From the NCBI GenBank assembly GCA_965649595.1, contig CBFGLP010001568.1, positions 1-36,240 of the forward strand: a stretch of DNA of 36,240 bases, in the 5' to 3' direction. Positions within the stretch are counted from its first letter, which is position 1. Each line of letters opens with the position of its first letter. The translations under genes and the position numbers were made by a program. The stretch comes from an uncultured Myxococcales bacterium (GTDB taxonomy: Bacteria; Myxococcota_A; Polyangia; Nannocystales; Nannocystaceae). This document shows, piece by piece, positions 1-7,412 of the stretch. The notes beneath the pieces were generated by a model, which made no database searches, was not told the origin of the DNA, and worked only from the letters and a program-made list of their open reading frames with translations.

Positions 1-11
1 CAGGAGCGGAC

Positions 12-1415
12 TTACCCGATCGGGCTGGCCGAGCCAGCGCGATGGGTGGGAGCCCGACGCATCGATTTGGAGAGCAGCGCGGTCGCGCACGGCCAGATCA
101 GCTGCTGCAATCCATCCAGCTCGACGCGCCGCCGCTCGTCCGCGGGTAGGCACCCATGCGCTCGCAGCAAGCGTCGCTGCTCGGCATCGAGGCACTCGGC
201 CTCTTGCTCGCGCACGTGCAGGGACGCAAACACGTCCAGCACCTTCGTCCGCAGCTCGGGCTGTTGCCCGAGCGCCCACTGGACGAAGCGCCAAGCCAGC
301 CCCGCGTGGCGAGCCTCGTCGTCGGCGATCGATCGCAGCAGCGCTGCGAGCTTCGGGTCCTCGCAATGCGCGGCCGCTGTGGCGATCTCGAGCGCCGCGA
401 TCGTCTCGCCGATGCAACCCTCGCGCACGCACGCGAGCAGCATCGCCTCGAGGTCCTGCGTCGCTCCAGCTCCGCGCACGTCGAGGGCAGCGAAGCCGAG
501 CGGTCCACCAACTAATTTAGACGCGAGCGCTAGCGCTGCCTCGGCGTGGCGGGCCTCGTCCGCCGCAGCCGCGAGCGCGTCACGGATCAGCTCGGGCGGC
601 GCAGCGATCGCGAGCAAGCGCGACGCGAGCTGAGCGAAGCTGGCGATCGAGGCGTGCTCGGCCGCGGCGACACGAGCCCAGTGCGCGGCGAGGTGCTCGC
701 GCAAGGCTGGGGATAGATCGGCGAAGCGGGGCTCGTCGTCAGTGCGGGGTGCTCGAGCGATCCGCTCGAGCGTCGCATGACGCGGGGCGCCATCGACCAC
801 GAAGGGCCGCCCATCACTGCCACACACCAACGACCCCTCGGCGATCGAGCAACACTGGCCATTGATCTCGTAGGGCCCGCACACGTTGGCCGGGGGCTCC
901 CAGACCGGGTCGCCCATGCAGTTGGTCCAGTCGGCGATGCAGTCGCCCTCCGGACACAGGGACTCGCAGGTTTGGCCCTCCTCGAGGTCGACGCAGCCGA
1001 GATAGATGTCGTTCCAGCAGTTTCCTTCATCGGGCACGATCGGGCAGTCGGGGTGCTGTGCGAGGATCGAGGAGTCGGAGAGGGTGGTCGTGCAGTCACC
1101 GAGCGGGGGCAAGTCGGGCTCCGAAGGCAGGTCGAGCTTGGGCTCGGGTAGATCGTCGGCTTCGCCCTCGCTGTCGGTCTCGTCGTCGGTGCTGGTGCTG
1201 GTGGTCGTCGGGTCCGAGTCGTCCGACGAGCTGTCATCGCCGAGCTCGTCGTTCGCGTCGTCGCTCGAGCTTCCGCTACTGCTCGGATCCGTGGTCACGC
1301 CCGCCTCATCTGCCGACGGCACCGCGCTCCCACACGCCGTCATGACCGAGGGGATCGCGAGCCCCAAGCTCGTCAGCAACTGGCTTCGTAACCGCTCGAG
1401 CGTCGTGGTGGGCAT
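12..1415 (-). CDS. Ferritin-like (diiron four-helix) domain protein with lipoprotein-type N-terminus, acidic Ser/Thr linker and Cys-rich region
   Basis: The N-terminus is LLTSLGLAIPSVMTAC (lipobox-like Cys), followed by a D/S/T-rich linker and a Cys-rich segment ending CGSDGRP. The C-terminal part has EHASIASF, DEARH, EGCIGETIAA and a second DEARH, the E...ExxH / E...ExxH pattern of ferritin-like diiron proteins. Confidence 0.8.
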   Translation of the reverse strand: MPTTTLERLRSQLLTSLGLAIPSVMTACGSAVPSADEAGVTTDPSSSGSSSDDANDELGDDSSSDDSDPTTTSTSTDDETDSEGEADDLPEPKLDLPSEPDLPPLGDCTTTLSDSSILAQHPDCPIVPDEGNCWNDIYLGCVDLEEGQTCESLCPEGDCIADWTNCMGDPVWEPPANVCGPYEINGQCCSIAEGSLVCGSDGRPFVVDGAPRHATLERIARAPRTDDEPRFADLSPALREHLAAHWARVAAAEHASIASFAQLASRLLAIAAPPELIRDALAAAADEARHAEAALALASKLVGGPLGFAALDVRGAGATQDLEAMLLACVREGCIGETIAALEIATAAAHCEDPKLAALLRSIADDEARHAGLAWRFVQWALGQQPELRTKVLDVFASLHVREQEAECLDAEQRRLLRAHGCLPADERRRVELDGLQQLIWPCATALLSKSMRRAPTHRAGSASPIG

Positions 1416-2017
1416 GGCGCATCGTACCCCGAGCGAAAGCGAGCGCGGTTAGCGAGCGGTGGAGGGGCTCAGAACGGGTCGTTCTGGCCACGCCGACCCG
1501 CGGCTCCCGTCCCCGTCGAGGGGTCGAGGAGCGGGCGAAGACGAAGTGGCCAGTCGCGAGCACTAGCTCCACGGGGCCGAGGTGCACCGCGCGTTGTGTA
1601 ACGATTGGGCGCCATGATCGCACGGTATGCCGAGTGGACCTACTTGGTTGTAGCGAGCGACTCCCGCAGCGTGCGTGCTCACCGATGGGTGAGGGCAGAT
1701 ATGTGGATCAGCCGATGCGGAGTTCGTACGTGTCGGCGATGCATGAATGCGGTCCTCCCGCTCTACGGGGCGATGTTGAGACTGGCAAAGTTGTGCCTGC
1801 GCAGATGGTCGTAATGGCAATAGCCATTTTCGAAGGGCGAATCTTGGGCCATCGCTGCGTATGTCGAAAGGTCGGTTCGATCCCGAAAATGCAATACTCA
1901 AAGTGTAGAATCACTCACGTCTGTGTTGAGTGGGTCTGGTCGCTCGAATTGAGCGAGGAAACGAGGCGATACGAATTTGTGTGTAGGACGGCTCGACGAC
2001 GTGCTAGCGTCTAGAGC

Positions 2018-2581
2018 ATGTACACCAATACCCGCATCGTGGTCATGGGGGCCCTGTTGGCCCTCGCTTTCATCCCCTCTGCGCATGCTACGGATCCGAC
2101 CCCGCCCGACCTTTGTGTCGAGCCGCTTCGCGGGGTTACCGGCGAAGCCTACGTGGATCTGCAGGGTGACTTCGTGTCTCGCTTCTGCGATCCGCGAATC
2201 AATCCGCCGGTGCTCGATCTCGAGGTCTGCTGCTCGATTGGTGAAACCGCGTCGTGCAAGCTGCCTGACGCGGTTGGCCGCTGCTCGACCGGAATGAAGT
2301 TCTGGTGCGAGTACGGAGTGGTCGCCGGAACCACCGTGGCCTGCTTCCAGCCCGGTCCGGGCACTTGCGCGGAGGGCCACTGCAGCGGCGTCCCGGGGCC
2401 CGGGACGATCTTCGACGATTCGAGCTGGGTCTGCTGCAGCGACGATGACGAGTGCGTCTACGTCGGCGAATCGGGCGATAATCCGCCGGAGAACGTGTCC
2501 TGTGCCGGTGACCTGACGATCTGCAACTGGGGCAGCTTGAACGAGGACAATACCGTCACTTGCGGTAATAGTAATCCATGA
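2018..2581 (+). CDS. Secreted cysteine-rich protein (16 Cys, internal two-fold repeat)
   Basis: Signal peptide MYTNTRIVVMGALLALAFIPSAHA; 16 Cys; two VCCS...C...C...CxxG...TVxC units. Confidence 0.75.
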   Translation: MYTNTRIVVMGALLALAFIPSAHATDPTPPDLCVEPLRGVTGEAYVDLQGDFVSRFCDPRINPPVLDLEVCCSIGETASCKLPDAVGRCSTGMKFWCEYGVVAGTTVACFQPGPGTCAEGHCSGVPGPGTIFDDSSWVCCSDDDECVYVGESGDNPPENVSCAGDLTICNWGSLNEDNTVTCGNSNP

Positions 2582-3854
2582 TCTTGCGCGAGCTCGCTCG
2601 CACTCGTTGAGCGCGCTCGCGGCTGACTGCATCGCCTTCGTCCTTGGCCAGCATGGATGCACGACGGGCGATCCGACCAGCGATCAGACCTGCGTCTTCC
2701 CGATCTTCGGGGGGACGCCCCTCGGCCGATTGAAGCACGAGCTCGGCGAGCTCCACAGCATCCTTGGCGCTGACCATTGCTAGCTCGTCGGCCCGCCGAA
2801 ACTCCGACCAGGCAGCAATTGGGTCACCCGCCTTTGCGTATTCCATGGCACGCTCGAAAGTCGGCGGCTGTGGCTGTTCAGCCTCGGGGTTGATGAAAGT
2901 TGCAGCCAGGTGTCCCGAGCTGGCGGCGACCAGCAGCAGCCCGCCAAACAAGGCAGCGCGTCGACGATCACGTCGAGTATCGCGCTGCTGTTGGGGCCGG
3001 TCGCGCAGCTCGTTGAGCGCGTCGAGTAGCTCGGTCATGGTCGGCCGCAGCTCGGGCAGCGGTGCGCAGCCGCGCTCGAGCAGGCGCTGCAGGTCTGCTT
3101 CGAGCTCGCCCGGCACCTCACGGCACAGCCCGACGCAGTACGTGAGCGTGAAGGCGAACGAGAACACGTCACCGGCTGGCTCCCACTGGCCGCCAAAGCG
3201 CTCTGGTGGCATGAAAGGCGGCGTGCCGGCGGCCTCACCGGAGCGGGTGCTGCGGCGCGCGAGGCCGAAGTCGGCTAGCTTGGCGCGGCTGTCCTGAATG
3301 AGGATGTTGGTTGGTTTGACGTCACCATGCACGACGTCGCTGGCGTGCAAGTGCTCGAGCGCGCGGCCAACCTCGATCGCGCGGTCGAGCAGATCGAGGA
3401 GCGGATAGAGCCGCGCGTAGCTGGCCAGGTTGCCCTCCGGGCACCACTCCATCACCGTGCAGATGAGGCCTTCGATGGTCTCGACGCCGTGCACGACGAC
3501 GATGTTGGGGTGCGCGAGGCTGGCGAGCAGGCGCGGCTCGGGCTCGACGCTGCGGCGCGAGACCTTGAGGACGACGTGACGATCGAGGGCGCGATCGATC
3601 GCGACATAGACGCTGGCCCAGCGGGTGGTGCTGACATGCTCGCAGACGAGGAAGCGCCGGACTGGTTGACCGGCGAGCAGCTCGAGGCGCTCGCGGTCAA
3701 CTCGTGCACCACCGATTGCTTCGAGCAATTCGTCGACGTTGCACGTCTCGCCAAGCTCCGGGCCCCACCAAGCCGGTAGCTCCTGCAACGACGCTATCGG
3801 AGCTGGCGGCTCGTTGGGGCCCGGAGGTAGCGGGGCATTGGCGGCAATCTCCAT
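2556..3854 (-). CDS. Ser/Thr protein kinase (Hanks type) with one TM helix and a helical C-terminal domain
   Basis: Motifs VVLK, HPNIV, HGDVKPTN, DFG, GTPPFMPPE and DVFSF; TM segment AALFGGLLLVAASSG. The Gly-rich loop is degenerate. The 3' end overlaps the convergent Cys-rich gene by 26 nt. Confidence 0.88.
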   Translation of the reverse strand: MEIAANAPLPPGPNEPPAPIASLQELPAWWGPELGETCNVDELLEAIGGARVDRERLELLAGQPVRRFLVCEHVSTTRWASVYVAIDRALDRHVVLKVSRRSVEPEPRLLASLAHPNIVVVHGVETIEGLICTVMEWCPEGNLASYARLYPLLDLLDRAIEVGRALEHLHASDVVHGDVKPTNILIQDSRAKLADFGLARRSTRSGEAAGTPPFMPPERFGGQWEPAGDVFSFAFTLTYCVGLCREVPGELEADLQRLLERGCAPLPELRPTMTELLDALNELRDRPQQQRDTRRDRRRAALFGGLLLVAASSGHLAATFINPEAEQPQPPTFERAMEYAKAGDPIAAWSEFRRADELAMVSAKDAVELAELVLQSAEGRPPEDREDAGLIAGRIARRASMLAKDEGDAVSRERAQRVRASSRKIMDYYYRK

Positions 3855-4014
3855 GGGTACAAGCCTACACGGTCAGAGGGATACTGGCCCTGTCCCGACG
3901 GACAAGCCTTGCAGAATCACCCTGTGAGAAATTAGAGGGATGAAAATGAGGGTGGCGCATTTTGTCAGGTGAACGGCGGTCGTGGTGCTTCGAATGGGTA
4001 TAGTGGCGCCAGGC

Positions 4015-4043
4015 TTGACCCGGCTGGATCGGACGGACATAGT
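4015..4043 (+). promoter_or_regulatory. Putative sigma70-type promoter of the ECF gene (TTGACC-N17-CATAGT)
   Basis: TTGACC at 4015-4020, a 17-bp spacer and CATAGT at 4038-4043. The ATG at 4053 lies about 3 nt after the expected start site, implying a near-leaderless transcript. Confidence 0.5.
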
Positions 4044-4052
4044 CCTGCCGCA

Positions 4053-4535
4053 ATGGGTGCTGGCTATCCGGATTCCGCGGCCCTGCGAGCGCTCGAGCTC
4101 GAACTGCTGAGGTACTTCCGCAACCGGGTACCAGCGCATGTCGACCCGCGTGACCTGGTCGCGGAGGTCTGGGTGGCAATGGCCGACTATCGGGGTGAGG
4201 CAAGCCATCGAACCTACGCCTTTCGGGTTGCTCGGCTGCGATTGGCAGACTTCTATCGCTACCGCAAGGACATCGAGCCGCTGCCGACGACGGGCAGCAC
4301 GGCCGATCCCCAGCCGGGGCCCTCGACCTGGTTCGAGTGGTTGCGGGACCATAGCTCGCTGCAGCGCACGGTGGACAAGCTGCCTCCGCCCTTCCGGGAC
4401 GTCGCGCGCTTGTACTTGCAAGGGGCGGACAACTTCGAGATCGCCGAGCAGTTGGGCCTTCACTATAACACCGCGCGTTCACGGCTGTCGCGGGCGTTAG
4501 CCAAGATTCGAGCGGAGCTCTCGAAGCTCGGCTAG
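4053..4535 (+). CDS. ECF-type RNA polymerase sigma factor
   Basis: Region 2 features LLRYFRNRV...DLVAEVW...YRGEASHRTYAFRVAR; region 4 LPPPFRDV...EIAEQLGLHYNTARSRLSRA. ATG 4053 is preferred over GTG 3969 because of the promoter position. Confidence 0.88.
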   Translation: MGAGYPDSAALRALELELLRYFRNRVPAHVDPRDLVAEVWVAMADYRGEASHRTYAFRVARLRLADFYRYRKDIEPLPTTGSTADPQPGPSTWFEWLRDHSSLQRTVDKLPPPFRDVARLYLQGADNFEIAEQLGLHYNTARSRLSRALAKIRAELSKLG

Positions 4536-4949
4536 CCGAGCTCGCGTGCGGCGGTGTCGCGAATCACGCGCCACGCTCGCGACAAGTGCGCGGAATATAT
4601 TCGACTGTCAAGCTCTATTCGCGGCACGTTTCCGAGGTCTCGACCGGCAGCACTGATCGCATGTATAGTGATGAGGCGCTGTTTGGCTCTGGGAGCGAGG
4701 CAAAAAAACTTCGATCGACGGGATCAAGTCGGAACGTTTCGCGACAATCATAGACGAGCCTATTTTTTAATATAATATTGAGATTGCGGATTCGCGCGGT
4801 TGTATCAGCGTGCTTTACCGCGGATGTCGCGAAATTGATCTTCATCAGCCCTATTGGTGAGCCGGATGGGGGTTCGCGGATCGCGAACAGCCATTAATGT
4901 GCTCCTAATTATCTAAATTAGTATTCGCGACCGCCACATTGGCGCTTCG

Positions 4950-6542
4950 CTATTGCTGCTGGGGAGCAGGCGATTGCGAGTCGTCGGCCGGCATTGGTGC
5001 AGGCACAGCGGCGTTCGCCGCTGGGCTCGGACCGACCTTCTCTTCGAGCGCGAGCAGCAGGTTGCGAGTAAGCCGGACTTCACCATGCAAACCTGCCTGC
5101 TCGCCCCCGCGTGGACCTTGGGTTGGGTCCGCATCACTCGCAGGGACGAGGACGCCAACGGGCGGCGTCCCCAGGGTCATGACGGGGATCGACGCGCGCA
5201 GGTAGGGGGCGAGCGAGGGTAACGTGAGTTGATTCCCAAACAGGAGATCTCGCCCATCACGTTTCGCGACTCGCGCAGCTAGCTCGGCGATGCGGGCATC
5301 GAAGGCCCCGCTGAGCAGCAGGGCCGGGTGCAGGCTGTCGGGGTCGACGCGGTCGAACGCGAGGACGCTGGTCGGCTGGACGCCCGCTGTCGCGGTCCAA
5401 CGCGCGTGCGCGAGCTGGCCAGCTCCGAAGCCAGCGTCGACAGCAAACAGCGCGAACAGCGACCTCCGAGGACGGGTACCCCGACGCTGCCAGTCGGCGA
5501 GCTGGGCGAGCACGCCGAGGCTGGCGAGCAAGCGATGGCTAGCGAGCTGCTCGTCGTCGTGGCTAGGAGTGTCCCATGCACAGACGAGCACGGCGGCCTC
5601 GCTCGGAAGCTCGCGGCCCGGCAGTCGAGCGGCGACGTTGTGGCTGGTGAGCCGCCGCTCGTGCAGGCCGAGGTCGATGTCGAGCAGCCAGGGCTGGTCA
5701 TCGACGAGCGCGGCCTGCAAGCCATCGCGGCCCCCTGCGTCCAGGACACCTTCGATCAGCAGCGGGTCGGTCTCGCTGCTGCCGATCGGGTGGTACTGCC
5801 GACGCCAGCGCTCGCGCAGGGGTTCGAGGGCGGCATCGTCGAAGCCGGTGAGGACCAGGCAGCCGAGCGCTCCGCTCTCGCGCGCGAGGGCCACGATCGC
5901 GTCGATCCGAGCGGGGGCATCCGAAGCGGCGAGGTCGAGCTCGGGCGGGGCCTCCAAGAGGATGACGCGGCCCGCTACGGCCTCGCGCGGGAGCGCCTCG
6001 CCGAGCTGGCGAATGGGGCTGAGCGAGAGGCCCTCGACGGGGCCCGGTCGCCGCTGCCGAAAGGCGCCGTGCCGAGCCAGATCGATCGCCTCGGCAGGGT
6101 CATCGGTGCGGCCCGGACGAGCGATGACGCGAGGGGGACTCTCGGAGCTGGCTTCGACCAAGCTGAGCTCGACGTCCTGCAGCCAGCCTCCGCGAGGACC
6201 GGCAGCCTCGAACCCGAAGCTGCGCAAGAGCGCGACGAGGTGCGCGGTGGTGCGGGGATCCTCGGGCAGGCGGCGACGTAGCTCGTTGTCGATGTAGGCG
6301 GTCTCACGCTCGAGGAAGGCGTCGAGCGAGGCACGCAGGAGGTCCTCTGCGTCGTCGAGCTGCTCGGGGATCCGTGGCGGGAGATCGGGGAACTCGAGCG
6401 ACTCGGGATCGGGCGGCGGCGGGAGATCGAGGATTGGCTCGATCTTGCAGGCCCCCAGAACGAAGGGAGCCGCGAAGGGACCCGCGAGCGGGCCGAGGCC
6501 GAGCCAGCGGAGAATGCGACGGCGAGAGTGAAGGCGGGTCAC
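4950..6542 (-). CDS. M28 peptidase-like (PA + M28 fold) Tat lipoprotein, probably catalytically inactive
   Basis: GTG at 6542 overlaps the upstream stop (GTGA). The signal is SRRRILRWLGLG...VLGAC (twin-Arg plus lipobox). M28 scaffold motifs: GGWLQDVEL, VAGRVILL, SHNVAARLPG, PRRSLFALF, PYLRASIPVM. The Zn ligands are absent. Confidence 0.65.
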   Translation of the reverse strand: MTRLHSRRRILRWLGLGPLAGPFAAPFVLGACKIEPILDLPPPPDPESLEFPDLPPRIPEQLDDAEDLLRASLDAFLERETAYIDNELRRRLPEDPRTTAHLVALLRSFGFEAAGPRGGWLQDVELSLVEASSESPPRVIARPGRTDDPAEAIDLARHGAFRQRRPGPVEGLSLSPIRQLGEALPREAVAGRVILLEAPPELDLAASDAPARIDAIVALARESGALGCLVLTGFDDAALEPLRERWRRQYHPIGSSETDPLLIEGVLDAGGRDGLQAALVDDQPWLLDIDLGLHERRLTSHNVAARLPGRELPSEAAVLVCAWDTPSHDDEQLASHRLLASLGVLAQLADWQRRGTRPRRSLFALFAVDAGFGAGQLAHARWTATAGVQPTSVLAFDRVDPDSLHPALLLSGAFDARIAELAARVAKRDGRDLLFGNQLTLPSLAPYLRASIPVMTLGTPPVGVLVPASDADPTQGPRGGEQAGLHGEVRLTRNLLLALEEKVGPSPAANAAVPAPMPADDSQSPAPQQQ

Positions 6543-7363
6543 GGCGCGTCCTCGTCTTCGGCAGCCACGGCCGTGGCGACCGGGTTGGTGGCCCGGCGCA
6601 GCAGGTCTCGCAGGTGGCGTTCGAGCTCGGGAGAGCTGCGCTCGGTCCAGGTGTCGATCGCGGCGTCGAGCCGACCGCTCTCGGGATCGTGGCGGAGCCG
6701 CACGTCGGTGCCTGCGCGGCGGAAGGGCGAGAGCCACAAGACTCGGCGCAGCTGCTCGAGCATCGCGTCGTCGATCGCTACGCCAGGCTGAAACGAGACC
6801 TCGACGGGGACCGCCGCCTGCCGGCTGCCGATCGTCAGGGGTAGGCGGTCGAAGTCCGCGGCCGGAACGAGCGTGACGCCGCCTTCGGCGGTGCGCAGGC
6901 GGACGCGCGCGAGGCCGACGTCGCGGATGGTGCCCTCGACATCACCGATGCGCACGAGATCGCCAGGGCGCAGGCGTCCGCGCAGCGCGAGCCCGAGGCC
7001 GGCGGCGAGGTTGCGTAAAGAGGTTGGAGCGATGGCCGAGAGCAACGCGGCGATCAGCAGGGCGCCGGCGATCGTCAGGGTCGGGGCTCGGACGAAGAAG
7101 GGCTGGAGCGCGCCCACGATCGCGACGAGCAGCGCCGAGATGCGAGCGAGGCTCGCCGCGAAGGTCAGGCGGCGCTCGCCGTCGAGCCCGAGCCGCCAAG
7201 CGACGTGGATACCGAGCGGGACCAGCACTCCCAGCGCCCATACGATCACGACGAGCAGGACGAACCAGACGAGCAGACCGATTGAGGTCAGCTCGAGCAG
7301 CGTGGCCAGCTCGGCGGCGAGTCGCTCGGTCAGCGTGGGCGTGGGCTCGGCGAGGATCAGCAT
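6539..7363 (-). CDS. MscS-family small-conductance mechanosensitive channel domain protein
   Basis: Three TM helices, then LRNLAAGL...LRPGDLVRIGDVEGTIRDVGLARVRLRTAEG..TLVP, the MscS TM3b and beta-domain signature. Confidence 0.85.
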   Translation of the reverse strand: MLILAEPTPTLTERLAAELATLLELTSIGLLVWFVLLVVIVWALGVLVPLGIHVAWRLGLDGERRLTFAASLARISALLVAIVGALQPFFVRAPTLTIAGALLIAALLSAIAPTSLRNLAAGLGLALRGRLRPGDLVRIGDVEGTIRDVGLARVRLRTAEGGVTLVPAADFDRLPLTIGSRQAAVPVEVSFQPGVAIDDAMLEQLRRVLWLSPFRRAGTDVRLRHDPESGRLDAAIDTWTERSSPELERHLRDLLRRATNPVATAVAAEDEDAP

Positions 7364-7412
7364 CGCGGGGCGATGGGTTTCGGTGGCCCTTGCGGGCCAA
7401 GCAGGTTGAGCG

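Noticed and set aside
1416-2017. Short ORFs in the divergent intergenic region
   Set aside because: No coding signal; more likely a promoter region, but no element could be assigned with confidence.
4615-4845. 76-aa ORF in the AT-rich spacer
   Set aside because: No RBS, atypical codon usage and no motifs.
6543-6737. N-terminal extension of the 595-aa ORF
   Set aside because: It overlaps the mscS-like gene; the Tat/lipobox signal and GTGA coupling place the start at 6542.
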